DNA from: Podarcis melisellensis
Taxonomy: Eukaryota
Assembly (NCBI GenBank): GCA_964234715.1
Contig: OZ174281.1
Direction: 5' to 3' (one strand)
Length of the DNA: 64,000 bases
Part shown: positions 37,000-50,712 of the stretch, piece after piece
How the letters are laid out: every line of letters begins with the position of its first letter
Position numbering within the stretch: position 1 is the stretch's first letter
The notes under the pieces: model-generated
Told to the model about the DNA's origin: nothing
Databases searched by the model: none
Seen by the model: only the letters and a program-made list of their open reading frames with translations
Position numbers and translations under genes: made by a program

Positions 37000-39013
37000 T
37001 TCCCTATAATTTGAAGTATATTTTGTCAGATGCGCAACATACGGCTTACTCATGAAAAGTGATGAATTTGTTCAAACGACACACACACACACAATTTTCT
37101 TTGAAGTATAACACAAGAATGTTACTGTATTGCAAAGAACTCCAAGGTTAGAAGTGTGATCCTAAACGTGTATACTAATTTGATACAAAGTACAGAGCTC
37201 TTTTAAGTTTGCAGCTCCAAGAAGTTATACACGAACTTGCAGAAAGGGCAAAACGACCCATTTAAGTGTGGATGGCTCACAGTTTGCTTCAATGGCTAGT
37301 TAGCTTGCAATAAACACAGAAGCAGAGTCCTGCCATTTATTTATTAAATAAAATTTAAAATGCATATATATGCCCAGTCATGGTGTGTGGGTGGGTGCTG
37401 AACAATGTATTCTTACATGTATACTATGTATTAAATGTATATCATCTACACTTAAAATTTCCTCCATGACCATTTAATCCAGCAGAACTTTACCAATATC
37501 ACATAAAGTTAACAGTTCAAATATGGTTTCCGTAAACTTTTATCTCAGTATTCTGTGGTGGAAAGACTTAGGCCATTACAGACAGTCAAGCACAAAGGTA
37601 AATAAAGTTCTTAAAATGAATGCTGATAATATGGAAAGCTCATCTTTACTGAGTAGGCACAAATTCAATCCAGCAAAATAGAAATGGTTTGATCCCCCTG
37701 ATTTTATAGGACTAAAATCAGACTTGATTTAACAGAACTTAGTAGGAACAACATGTGACTCAGCTATCTAAGTACCATATGACTATGAAGGTTTCTGATT
37801 TGAGAGTTGTGTTTAAAGCATCATCTGCTTCTCAATTGTTCTTACAATATTTTAGGTCCTTTTTACTTAAACAAATCCTAACAATAAGGGTCTGTCAGCA
37901 AATATAGCCTTACAAGGTCCTGTAGTAATCAGTTTATGTGGAATGCAACCAAATAATAAAAAACACCACAACTTATATTCCCCAAATGGTGAATTATGTC
38001 AGATAGAAAAATGCATTAGCTTAGCCACCTTATACCTATAATGCTATTTCACTGAATTCTTTATGAAAACTGAATATATGGCTCAAGTTATTGTTACTTA
38101 AACTCCCTAAATGAAATAAAGAAAGAAATGAACAATTTAGGGTTGTGAAATCAGCCAGTATAAAATTATTTAGTTCACAGCTACAGCTACCATGGTCAAA
38201 TAACTTAACCCTAAAAGAAAATACAGTATTTCTTAAATGTAGCTTGTCTAAAGCTAAACCTGCTTGGCGGCTGGGAGTTAGAAGGAGCTTATCAAGGATT
38301 CATAAGAGATCTTTCTGGAAATGGCAGAAACCAGTCCTTGATTACACAGTCTGGCATAATCATGGAGTTCTTTCTCCTGTATTCCTACTGTAATACACAA
38401 ATTACATGACTATCTTTTATCTGTGATATTCTTCATAAATGCAAAGGCATTAATTTGTATGGTGCTTAAGGAAGTATACTTGTTAATTATTGTTTCCTTT
38501 GCATCCCCAGCTTGAATTCAAATCACCTTCATGCGCAGAGCTTTGCCTGCAAGAGAAGATTTTTACCTGCGGGTCATCTGACATCATTGTGACTGACAGA
38601 TGGCAACACTGTCCACCTGTCAAAATGGCCTGAGGAGGTAGACAAGGACAGGATCCAACCTGCCAGCCAGATCCTATTCCCCACCCCTGCTGTAAGAAAT
38701 GAGAGACTGGAAAGAGACAGATTATATAGCAGAATTTCCTGCAATGGTTTGATCCTTCTTTACAAAGGATGCAATTCACATCCAGTTGTGGTTACCAGCA
38801 AAATTTTAATTTACATTCATGGGTTTGGATGGTACCCCATTGTTCAGAAGCATCAATTCACTGTTCCCCAATTCATTGTTCAGTAGCACCAATAGACATG
38901 TGGAGATCCAAGTTAGGGTCTGAAGTTGAAAGTATGTAGGCAGTGACTGTACGGTGGTTGAACTGACCAGGATCTTCCATGGTAGAGATTTGAGGGAGGT
39001 TGCATGCCTTCAC

Positions 39014-39276
39014 CAGATTGTGAAGCTGAGGCTGAGGCTCCAATATTTTAGCCACTTCATGAGAAGAGAGGACTCCCTGGAAAAGACCCTGATGTTGGGA
39101 AAGCTGGAGGGCACAAGGAGAAGGGAACAACAGAGGACGAGATGGTTGGACAGTGCTCTCGAAGCTACCAGCATGAGTTTGACCAAACTGTGGGAGGCAG
39201 TGGAAGACCAGGAGTGCCTGGCGTGCTCTGGTCCATGGGGTCACAAAGAGTCAGATATGACTAAACAGCAACAACA
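39014..39276 (+). mobile_element. 5'-truncated RTE-BovB LINE
   Basis: Translation KLRLRLQYFSHFMRREDSLEKTLMLGKLEGTRRREQQRTRWLD...SMSLTKLWEAVED is the BovB ORF C-terminus. (CAA)-like tail. Perfect 12-bp TSD gcatgccttcac at 39002-39013 and 39277-39288. Confidence 0.95.
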
Positions 39277-39533
39277 GCATGCCTTCACTGGCCTTTATTC
39301 CTCCTTATCACTTAGCAGAATAATAGTGTTGTCTTTTTTTAGAAAATAGAAGTTTAATTAATTTAGAATTTGGATTACTCTCATGTAGAACATTTTTTTA
39401 AAGTATAGCATATAAACAACCTTGCTAATATAGTTCTAGATATCAGTAAAGAAGGTGAGAAATCAACTGCATTTTATGGAGCAGGGTCCACCCACAACCA
39501 AAGTATATTGTTTCTTCACAAACTTTTAATAAT

Positions 39534-39537
<4 letters not shown>

Positions 39538-39608
<71 letters not shown>
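39538..39608. repeat. Compound (CT)n-(CA)n microsatellite
   Basis: Direct reading. Confidence 0.95.
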
Positions 39609-39609
<1 letters not shown>

Positions 39610-39654
39610 ATTAAGAAAATTTGTCTTCAGGGTTAGAAAAAAAAAGTCATGTGC

Positions 39655-40060
39655 AGTACTGCCTTTAAATGGATGATTTCTTCTAGCTTATCCCAGAATG
39701 GCATTGACTTGACAAATGTGGGAAAGTCCACAGCTGTGAGATGGGGGCTTAGGTTGTGGGCTTTCGGTCAATTGAAAGGTTGCATTAAATGTAAATTATA
39801 GGTCTGTTACTTAGATATATACCCTTCTCAACCAGGTGAAAGGCAAACAGGTCCTGCACTAATTCACAGATGAACTTGCTGGCAAAAGCAAGTGAAGAGG
39901 CAAGCAATTATAACCTTCATCTCGGATGAAAAGGCATTTAATATAAAACTATGCCAAACATGTTCTGTTTTCTTTTTTATATGAAAAACTTTGTGCTTTC
40001 TCCTTTCATATATGTTACGCAAAACGGGCAGTAACAATGACCTTTTATTAAGGATTTATT
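39655..40060. promoter_or_regulatory. Candidate intronic enhancer
   Basis: TGTGGGAA (RBPJ) 39717-39724 overlaps GGGAAAGTCC (NF-kB-like) 39720-39729. E-boxes CAAATG, CAGCTG, CAGGTG and CAGATG lie nearby. No recognisable repeat. Confidence 0.4.
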
Positions 40061-41245
40061 GAAAAAAACACCTGTATTTTCACTGCTTTTCTTTTCCTTC
40101 TAATATTTACAGCTTATTATTAACACCAACATCACATTTCATCTGCACAAATGCCGAAGGGTAAAAAAAAGTCACACACACNNNNNNNNNNNNNNNNNNN
40201 NNNNNNNNNNNNNNNNNNNNNNNNNNNNNNNNNNNNNNNNNNNNNNNNNNNNNNNNNNNNNNNNNNNNNNNNNNNNNNNNNNNNNNNNNNNNNNNNNNNN
40301 NNNNNNNNNNNNNNNNNNNNNNNNNNNNNNNNNNNNNNNNNNNNNNNNNNNNNNNNNNNNNNNNNNNNNNNNNNNNNNNNNNNNNNNNNNNNNNNNNNNN
40401 NNNNNNNNNNNNNNNNNNNNNNNNNACTCTATCAGACAAATAAGATCTATCAGTCACACAACTTGAAGCCAATCCTAGAAGCATCTTCTCCACAAGCTGA
40501 ACCTGTATGCATATGAACTAATGATATCTCACCATTTCTTTTTAATCTTGGGTTTTAACGCAGCTATTCAAAGGCACAAAACGGAATAAAAAAGACTGAG
40601 AAATGTTGCAATAAGAGGACAGTAACAGGATTAACAACGTCAAGAGTCGCAGAATACTGAAATGTTTTTGTATTAATAGAAAAACTTTACTGCCTTCCAG
40701 TCTAGAATGCAGGGCTAGAAACTAGGTACATTTTCTTAATCTCTCATAAAGGAAAATGTTTTTCTGCAAATATAAAGCACTGTGGATTCTTTCTTAAGCC
40801 CTTCAGTGTTATTAATAGCGGCACACAGAAACTCCATGTGTACATGGAGGTGTTTGCTTTCAAACTACAAGGCTGGACTGGAGCACCACAACTAAAGTTC
40901 TTGAGACAACCCCAACATTGGAAGAAATCTTTGGAACCCTCCACCAACCGCCTAATAAGGGCTGGGTATTCTTAACGAGCACCTAACGCTGACTGGCTGG
41001 TGGGGAATGGGAAAGTGTGGGGAGAGTAATGGGTGGAATATCACAGAAGAGGGCATGGTTGGCTGGCTGGAACCCTGAACAGGATCACTGCAATAGCAAA
41101 CTCAAGTGACTGAAGTGAAACAGGTCGATCCAAGGAAGTAGCTTCTACATATTTGGGGTACTCCCTGTGTATGCATCACTTCAGAAATAAAGGGAAATGG
41201 AAGGCTAGGGGAAGAAAGAAAATTGGATCATGAATGCACCTAACA

Positions 41246-41370
41246 CAGGTGTGGAGAATCTGTGATCCTCCAGATGCTGTTGAACTACAACTCCCATCAT
41301 CCTTGAGCATTCGCTGTGCTGGCTAGAGCCTATGGGAGTTGTGAGTCAAGCAACATCTTTAGGGACAAGC
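41246..41370. mobile_element. Palindromic hAT-type MITE
   Basis: caggtgtggagaatctgtgatcctccagatgctgttgaactacaactcccat ... atgggagttgtgagtcaagcaacatct forms long internal inverted arms. Confidence 0.7.
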
Positions 41371-42580
41371 CTTAACAGCTTACAATGAGCATCCTGCAGG
41401 GGGATATTATGTTTGGAGGGTTATACATTGCAAGGTATACTGGTAGTACTGCTATCTTAATAGGTGCTGAAGCAAAATAATCGCCTGTGGTCATCTATTA
41501 GTCAAGTGCAAGACAACTAAAATATTTTGCTTTACCACATTTTAAGTTACCAGTTCTATCACTATTATAAATAATAATAAATACTATTTATTAATCAATT
41601 AATCACATTCTACATGCATCTCAAGCTGATTTACAAACATTTACAAACATAGCAAATTATTACCAACAGCGTTTCAGTGTATGCTTTTATATTTGATAGT
41701 GTGATAATTTGCTACAATTAGTTATACACACCATATTTCAGTGGAAATATTTACTGTTCTATTTCTGGATCACTTTCAGTTTCTAAAAATAGACTGTTTT
41801 ACCTCTAAGAATATAGTGGTTTTATTCTAGATTCAATTTAATTTAATTACAGATTTAATTACAAACATTTCTAAAAAAAAAAAAAAATAGAACACCAATA
41901 CAGTCAACCACTATTTCATGCAAGGGTTTCGTTCCTGGTCCCTGAATACCCCCTCTCTGCCCCCCTTCCATCCTTTTAGTGACATGTTTTGTGACATTTC
42001 TGGTCACTTCTGGGTTCGGCACCATGAACACATGCATGTCCTTCAGACACATGTTAGTTGGTCATTGCCTGTTCACACAATCTACATGGCCTATTTAATG
42101 ACAAGTTCTAATGTGCAGCAATATTATATTAATAGTATCCATTTTAGCCTGATGCTGAATCACAAAAATACTATGGAAAGCAAAGCAAGAGAGCCCTTAT
42201 TTTTAGGTATGCACAAAATTATATATAGCAGTTTTTTTTTTTTATTAAGTTTTGCATAAATATATTTCACAGACATACAGCAGTTTTCTTAAGCTAATCA
42301 AGATCAATATCAAGAAATGAAATTTGTATCCTCTTAGCAAAATGCCTTCATAACAAATTGAAAGAGGAGAAATTATGGATATTTAAGGTTAAGGAAGAAA
42401 GGTGCAATATCTAAATAATAAGATAAAACATGATAGAATATGCTAACCCCAAAACTTCATAAATGCGTACAGATAATTCTCTTTTATCAATCAATTATAT
42501 TATGGAAATCAGTTTAGAATCAATGTCAAATAATTATGCATATGTATTTTCTCAATCTAAATACAATTTTAACATTGTGA

Positions 42581-42753
42581 GCTGAGAAGTCACCAGTTCA
42601 AATATTACCTCAGCCATGAACTCACTAGGTAGCCTTAGGCAAGCCATTAGTCTCTCAGCTTCAGTCCCACATCTGCAATATGGAGATAATAATACTAACT
42701 TATCTAAAAGGTCTGCTGTAAGGAATGCATGTTAAAAGCTTTGAACATTTTAA
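42581..42753 (+). mobile_element. Old MIR/CORE-type SINE
   Basis: cagttcaaat (B-box-like)...gccttaggcaagcc...tcagtcccacatctgcaatatggagataataatact resembles the MIR core. Confidence 0.6.
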
Positions 42754-43939
42754 ATGAACGATGTGTACTTGTTGTTGCTGTTATTATTTGTATTATAGTA
42801 TGGTATTATAGTTTTATGCACTTGCTAGGATCCAAAGGGCTACTTTAGACACGCCAGAGGGTTTAGTGTCTTATATATTGCAGATTCCTATGCCATTCCA
42901 CAAACTGCCTTTGAAAGTCCTTGAAATTTCAAAAGTTGGGGCTCAGAAAACAGCCATTCAACACTTGGACACATGAAACTACTTGTGTAGTTCACTGGAT
43001 CCTAGCCAATGAAACAACTTCCTTTTAATCCCAACTTTATTTAAATCAAAGTAAAAGTCCCTATGAATACCAGTATCTGACATTTATGAACATTTTTCTT
43101 TAAGGATAAGCCTACCTGTATACTCCTGAAAGAGGCCTTAAATGCCTGTATTGCATATGTAAACAGATAACTTTATGCCTAGCAGGCATTTTGGGAACAT
43201 CTGTCAATTTTTTTATGGAATGCACTGATTGTGGGCTATTGATTGCATTTAAACAAAGTTGTTGCGAAAAAAAATCAGCTAACAATTCGTGTAGAAAGAG
43301 TTGATCAATATNNNNNNNNNNNNNNNNNNNNNNNNNNNNNNNNNNNNNNNNNNNNNNNNNNNNNNNNNNNNNNNNNNNNNNNNNNNNNNNNNNNNNNNNN
43401 NNNNNNNNNNNNNNNNNNNNNNNNNNNNNNNNNNNNNNNNNNNNNNNNNNNNNNNNNNNNNNNNNNNNNNNNNNNNNNNNNNNNNNNNNNNNNNNNNNNG
43501 CTTACTAGTTCTTCTCAGTGTATAGTACTGCAAGATGAAGGAATGTACGGTACATGGAAAACACAGAAAACCAAGAGCATTTACAGATATCCTAAAAGGT
43601 AAGGTATTTTATGATTTTTAATTCTCTTAAAATAAAAACAGGAAGACTTCTCCCAGATACATACCCTGACAAAACTATGCTTACTAAAGTGAAAAAATAC
43701 ATTGTGTGTATGTAACAGGAATGTAAAATGAATGCAGTCTTTGCTTGCTGTTGCTGTTAACTAACATTCAGTGTCTTTCATTAAATCTATATCAAAGGTA
43801 TTTTTAAGGATGGTACTAGAATTTTGTGTTTTAGAATGTTCAAATACACAAATGTAATGTGTGCAGGTTGGGGAAGGTCAAATAGATACAGTACGTGTTG
43901 TGTCATGCTTATGCGTGTGGAAATATTTTAAAGAGAGGT

Positions 43940-44104
43940 GTGCAGTACAATCTTACATCCATTTACTTGGTAGTAAGTCTAATCATGTTCAGTGGGACTT
44001 GGTCTCAGGTGAAGGTCTGCAACCTTAGGATTCAATACTCTTACTAGGGAGCCTCATTGAATACAATGGGACTTCTGAGTAAACAGGCATCGGATCATCC
44101 TTAG
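43940..44104. repeat. Two adjacent short palindromic MITE remnants
   Basis: tttacttggtagtaagtctaatcatgttcagtgggactt and ttactagggagcctcattgaatacaatgggacttctgagtaaacaggcatcggat. Confidence 0.55.
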
Positions 44105-44292
44105 TTTCCAGTTTGGTTGAAAATCAAGCATACTATTATTGTGCATTATGATATAAACACATTTTAGAGGATTTGGCAAAATCTGGCACTTTTTTTCTTC
44201 AAATGTACAAGAAGAAAACAGAAGATTATATATTTCTCATTCATGCACAGAATATCAATGCTATTGGAGCAAGAATACTACATTTTGCATAC

Positions 44293-44387
44293 TAAGGTTG
44301 CAATCCTGTAATACTTATCCGGGAGTTAATCCCATTGAACTCAATGGCACTTATTTCTGAGTAGATATGTCTGGGGTTGCACTTTAA
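44293..44387. repeat. Short palindromic squamate MITE
   Basis: taaggttgcaatcc...cccattgaactcaatggcacttatttctgagtag...ggggttgcactttaa has imperfect terminal inverted arms and a central palindrome. Confidence 0.65.
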
Positions 44388-46360
44388 GTTGAACATATAA
44401 TGTAAACATACAGTATTAGTCATATGTTTTTATTACATTTTGTTTTTATTACATTTAGTCTGTAATGCTAAGCAAAAATGTTGATCCTTTATTAGCTTTA
44501 GGAGGTGAACTTTTGTTCATATTGCCTTTTGCTTTACATTATTCTGTTTAGAGACAAAGGAAGGCAACAGCAAAATTAATAGATTGCTGTACACTGAGAA
44601 AAGCTTCCCTGTGCAGCAACACAGTATTATTTGATGTGGGGCAGGGTTAACTGAGGATGATTTTAGCTGGCCTTGTTTTCCTGGGCATGAATGTGTTGTA
44701 TTCTTTCGTGTGTGTTCTCTTTTTCTCATATCCTAAAAATGTCTGTAAAATGAATCAATAGTATTTTAGCTTGACCTGGTTATTACCTATATATTTTCTG
44801 TGAGGCAGTAAAACGAAGCAGTATAATTAGGTAAAAACATCATAACTTTTAAAGTTCATTTGTTTTTATTATCTAGTTACATAGTTTGGGGGGAAAAGAA
44901 AAAAATTTACAGTCAATTTGGTGCTGACCCTACAGAAAATATATCTAAATGCAAAACAAAACAAAAATCAGGCTTATTTTATTGCACCTTTAAATACACA
45001 ACATTTGTTTTGGGAGCAATAAATAAATAAATAAATGTGCCTTAATCCTATCAGAATTAACAGGATTTAAGCATTTAGCTCTGTACGTAAATCCTATTAA
45101 ATTTCAATGGGATTTACATGCACTTACACTTTCTCAAGCAAGCACCCTGTGTTCTTTTTATGGCCACTTCAGTTTAAATTGTCCTAAATGTTTAGTTCTG
45201 GGTTGGTGGATTGGTTGAAATTCAGGAGATTAAGGTCACTAAAATCATGGTTTAAAGCACTAAGAGAAGAAACTGTTTTAAACCGTGTTTGTACATGTAT
45301 TTTCTAAACAAAAGTACATATGCATTGGTTGGTCTAACCAATAAAACATACATTTTTGAAACAAATGAATGCTTTTACTTTTCTTAGTTTTCACAGAGTA
45401 ATCATTTTTCCTTGTGGAGCCTATTATTCTGCATTATTGTCTATTAACAGATGGGCAATTGAAATTAACAGAGTTCTGTTTGTTTCTGTACATATGTACA
45501 AAAGCTAAGCATTCCTTTTACTTAATGTCTTACAGAGCATTCCTAAGTATAGGAAGCTGGCACAAGTTGCCCCTATTCCAAACTCCATTCAGAAACAGGA
45601 CTACTGCCAGCTGAGATGGAGTGAACCTGGAAAAGGGAAAACAAGCTTTTAAAACAGAATTTGACCTGCACTACTACATTACTAGCTAGATGGATCAACT
45701 GTCTGCATCAGTATAAGCAAGCTTCTTATGTTCACTTGGTGAAGGAATCCTGCAGTGGAAGTGGGGAAGGAATAGTGCCCTGTATCCACAGTGCCCTGTT
45801 GGTATCCATCTACACACAGGCACTGCACCAGCTGTGGACTGGATGAAGCCCAGTCTCCAGAGCAAATTTTACAAAAGCAGATTCATTTTTAATGGTGGGA
45901 ACCATGCGAACGACTTTCCTGTTGCTATTTCCCATCTGTTCTAAAAGCACAGAAATGGAGGAATCACACAGGCACCGTGGGATTTCATGTAAATAACAAT
46001 ATGTGTCTTTTTTTTTACACACACACACACACACACACACGTTAGCATGATGAATCTCATATGTTTCTGCTCTGCTCACATGGCTCCTCCAATTGGATAT
46101 TATCAGAATGCTGCGGAAAGCAGTCACAAGGAAAGTGTCTTCCATGTCATTTCAGGCCAGTGCATGGATTAAACAATCTCTGTTCAATTCCACCCCCACC
46201 CCCCACATTTTCTGATGAAATAAACAGATTCACTAGTTTGCAGAAACACACAAGGCACCGTAATTCCTAGCTACAAATTGGATCGGTTGAATGTGTAGAA
46301 GGCAAACAGGACTACATCCACTGGTCCTGTTCCAACACAGTATGACTGGCCAGCATGGTT

Positions 46361-46612
46361 GAGAGCCAGTGTGGTGTAGTGGTTAAGAGCGGTAGTCTCG
46401 TAATCTGGGGAACCGGGTTCGCTTCCCCGCTCCCCCACATGCAGCTGCTGGGTGACCTTGGGCTAGTCACACTCCTCTGAAGTCTCTCAGCCCCACTCAC
46501 CTCACAGAGTGTTTGTTGTGGGGGAGGAAGGGAAAGGAGAATGTTAGCCGCTTTGAGACTCCTTAAAGGGAGTGAAAGGCGGGATATCAAATCCAAACTC
46601 TTCTTCTTCTTC
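46361..46612 (+). mobile_element. tRNA-derived SINE (Squam3-like), full-length, young
   Basis: A-box tggtgtagtggttaagagc, B-box gggttcgcttcccc, body ggtgaccttgggctagtcac...ctctcagccccactcacctcacag and (CTT)n tail. CpGs are retained. Confidence 0.88.
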
Positions 46613-48262
46613 AGCCTTCACTCCAACATCCATGCGTTCAGTGCAATATCTGTAATAGCGGAAGGCTTTGCACAAACAACTTTATGTATGTAAGCTTCCA
46701 CACAAATATGATTACCATTAGCATAGAGGTTGAAGCACATACAGCTGGATGTTCTCCTTTTCAGATGATGAGCTCAGTACAGTGTTCAAGTGCTGGTGGA
46801 GGTGGGGGTCAGGGTCAGCAAAGTTCAGTGTTGGAGTAAGGGCCAGCAGGTGTATTGCCTCTTCCCTTCCATGCATTTAGCCTACTTGTGGAAGTGACTT
46901 TGTGAAAAGGGCTACTATGTGAACATCAAAGGGGTAAAAGCATTTTTATGGACTGACAGGGAAAGAAAATAATTCCATTAGTACAGCCTTTAACCACACC
47001 AGCCAATGTCTCTGGGAGTACATTAGAGCTGCAATAGGAAATGGTTCCTAAAACATGGTTCTTATAAAATATGTAAAACTATTTTTAAAGACAATAAAAA
47101 GATTCATAAAATTTATGACAATTTTTGAAATTCTCAAATAGTTAATATGGGATTATGAACTGATCTTAAAAAAAAAACCTTCTTATATCAACTCCACTTT
47201 AATCTGTTAAGAATTTGCTTGCACTAAGTTGGCTGTAGCCAGTCCTAAACCTTTGTCTATCCTTTTCACTGCAGGATTCAGAAATTATTCCTCCACCTTG
47301 ATGTACAAGTAAAATAACCTTGGACACCTGAAAATTTATCTATGGAAACTGTATTTCACATTTATTCCATACATCTATATTCAGACTGAAGGAGAACTGT
47401 GGAACCCAGCAATTTGAAGAAAGCTATTTTAATGACATAAAATGTACTCTGGATGTAGCTTTTTCCAGATTTCAGATTTTTTACTTCTGGAATGGGACCT
47501 CATAACTTAATTCAAACAGGACAGGGAGATCTGTATTGAGGATGAACCGCAGTGGGAAAACAATGGGAATGTAACCAGTGTATGGCTAAGAGGCAAAACA
47601 GGTTATTCCTTACAAATAATGGAAATAAATGTTATCTAATTTCTGAAATTCCCTTATCAAGCTTGATCTGTCTCTGTGGAGTTTTGTTTCAGCTCTCTTA
47701 TTGTATTTCTTACTAAAGACCAAAGTCACTGCTGATAAGACTTGATTTGAGATATAAGTGTAACATTCTATGATATCTTGTGGTGTAGGTAGTTCATTTA
47801 AGCCCAGGGCATTCCGGTACCACAATTTCAGAGAATCTTCACATCACTTTAACCAAATTGTGACAAACACACATGAATAATTGCAGGAGGTGGTGCCACA
47901 GGGTATACAATTGTTTCTGTATTCAAGGTGCTATACTCAGTCCATTCTAGTGCTCTCTGCTGAAATATGCAGCATGCTATAATCCTTTCACACTACAACA
48001 TATAAAATATTTCCAATCATTCTGATACAGTGCATTATATTTGCAACATAAATATATGTCAAGTACACAACGAGGAACATTCTACAGCTTACAAGTTCAT
48101 ATGTTCTCTCTTTCACACTGCACAAATATGCAAATGTTTATGAAAATCAGTCACCTTCTCTCATATTGTGCTGATACTTTAATTTAGAACTAAATGAAAT
48201 GGAACTTCAAATCACATATGCCCCACACCTTGAACCAGTGCATGCTACTGTACAGTGATTAG

Positions 48263-48609
48263 GTAAAGGGACCCCTGAACATTAGGTCCAGTTATGGCCG
48301 ACTCTGGGGTTGTGGCGCTTATCTCGCTTTATTGGCCTAGGAAGCTGGCGTACAGCTTCTGGGTCATGTGGCCAGCATGACTAAGCCGCTTCTGGTGAAC
48401 CAGAGTAGCGCACGGAAACGCCGTTTACCTTCCCGCCGGAGCGGTACCTATTTATCTACTTGCACTTTGATGTGCTTTCGAACTACTAGGTGGGCAGGAG
48501 CAGGGACTGGGCAACGGGAGCTCACCCCATCACGGCGATTCGAACCGCCGACCTTCTGATCAGCAAGTCCTAGGCTCTGTGGTTTAACCCACAGCGCCAC
48601 CCGCATCCC
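48263..48609 (-). mobile_element. Sauria SINE (lacertid-type), full-length, young
   Basis: Runs from the tail aggtaaagggacccctga...ggtcatgtggccagcatgactaagccgc...gattcgaaccgccgaccttctgatc...ggtttaacccacagcgccacccgcatccc. TSD tacagtgattag 48251-48262 and tacagtggttag 48613-48624 (1 mismatch). Confidence 0.93.
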
Positions 48610-50083
48610 TGCTACAGTGGTTAGCAGTACCTTAAAATATGTGTTTATGTAGCTAGCTTCCTTTGCAGAAAATAATATATGAATGCCTAGAAATAAAATC
48701 ATCTTGAAGATTTCTAACTACTGTACATTGATAGAGAAAGTAATATAAATCCATATGGGTAAGTTTAGTGCACTTGCCAATTGACATAAAGGCACACTAT
48801 ATAATTCACTTTGGGTTACTGTTCACTTTTCCTAGAAAGTACACATAGGACTACAGCTTAACTTATTGTTTCATTATAGAAAATACAACCACACTAACAC
48901 CAGTCATATTCTTACATGCCACTGATTAGTTGGGCCTTAGCTGAACAGAAAATCTTAATCTTCTCTTCCTTTTTAAAAAATACTGGGAGGTAAGCCCTCT
49001 CCCACCTGCACACGTAGCTTGCTTTTCCCTCAAAGCTCAGGAGATTCCGGCAACAAAATCAATGTATGCATGTTCAGAGCAGTTTTCAGGGTTTTGTAAG
49101 ACAAATCTTTCAAATGGGAGCTAGTTTAATGCTATTGAGCTGAGTTTCGATCTGACAGAGTGAGTGAACAACACAGAAACAGTTCACTTACCACTGCTCA
49201 CACTACAGGAGGTTGCAATCAGGTACCGCTCTGTGCAAATACAGCTGTGCTATCTGCTATTTCTCAGTAAACTCTAGCACCACCTAATCCAGCAGTCATT
49301 TGTTTAAACAAACAAACAGATACACGGCAATTATGAAGTGTAATTGTTTAGATTCTCCCAACCCCAGTAACAAAGTTCACTTAAGCCTATTCCAGTAGCT
49401 TATATGTAAAGCTATGCAGGTATTGTAGATCTTATTTTCCTAGTGCTTTACACAAAGTTTTTCTAAACCATTCCCTTTAATAATGAACTTGGGAGATTAC
49501 ATGTTTATCAATTTCGGAGTGAAATGGGACAATTTCCAGAACTAATCTCATTGTCCGGAGAAGGAGAACGTGGATTCACATTGAATGTCGGAGGCAGGAA
49601 ATTGGAAGAAAACCCAGTTTCTCTTTCCCAGGGCCCCTCCTGCATTCATGACATTATTGGGGCGGTCATCCACAATCCTACTTTTGACATAGTTTGTGCC
49701 TACAAATGTTTTGGAGTGAAGACAGTACTTCAGTTCCATTCAGTGCACATCCTGTAACAGCCTGGTGAAATCCCAAAACTTTTTATACTGTAAATGTTTT
49801 GTTTCATTTTTGTTCCCTATACTGTACAGCAATAATATAGGGCTCTGTCTCTATAGCCACCACTCTGCTGTATTTAAACAAAATGTATAACAATAAAAAG
49901 CTGTAAAACAATAAAATGTCCCCTAGCTTATAACAGCCAAGGAAAGTGATGGTTGGGAGTGTCCCCCCCCCCCAAATTGCGATCATCTGCTTCCCAGAGA
50001 GACCTGGACTTAACAGCGTTATAAAGCTCCTGTTCCAGGCCATATATGGCTTGAGTAAGAAGACTTGTGTGGAGTATAGATTG

Positions 50084-50199
50084 ATAGAATCATAGAATCG
50101 TAGAATTGGAAGCGACCACAAGGGCTATTTGGTCCTTCCCCCTGCAAATGCAGGAATCTTTTGCCCAACTGAGACTCATGTTCTATCAACTGAGCTATC
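50084..50199 (-). mobile_element. tRNA-Lys/CR1-tail SINE (Squam2-like), internally deleted
   Basis: atagaatcatagaatcgtagaattggaag...ccccctgcaaatgcaggaatcttttgcccaac-tgagactcatgttctatcaactgagcta. Confidence 0.75.
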
Positions 50200-50656
50200 A
50201 TGGGGGAGGCATACACTACACCATTTTGTTGTGAGTCACACCTGTATTTATTAAAAGACTCTTTTGAAAAAAGTTCAGTAGGTCTATAAGGAATTTGTAG
50301 CATCTCACCAATCATGCTTTCATATAAGCCACTAATTTCCTATCCACTGACCTTGTGTACTTGAAAATAGTGACCAAGCTAAAGATTTGTCAGTGCAAGC
50401 AGTATTCTGTGCCTTCCTTCTAGCTCTTAGTTTAAAAGAAATGCAACTGTTGCTGCTGAGGGGTTTATGTCATATCCTTCATTACCATATTTCTATATTT
50501 TGCACTTGCTTTATGTCCTTTACGAAACCAATCTAATGAAAGGTCTGATCGCAATTTCTTCAAAGATAAGAAAAGACTTTTTGTTTTTGAAGGGGCAGGG
50601 GCGGAATCAGGGCAATCTGAATGTGCCAGAGTAAATACTAGGCACAGCAGTATCAA

Positions 50657-50659
<3 letters not shown>

Positions 50660-50710
<51 letters not shown>
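50660..50710. repeat. (TA)25 microsatellite
   Basis: Direct reading. Confidence 0.95.

Positions 50711-50712
<2 letters not shown>

Noticed and set aside
36661-37055. 130-aa and 68-aa ORFs
   Set aside because: Driven by an (AT)n microsatellite and a MITE.
38954-39349. 131-aa ORF as a host gene
   Set aside because: It is the C-terminal remnant of the BovB ORF.
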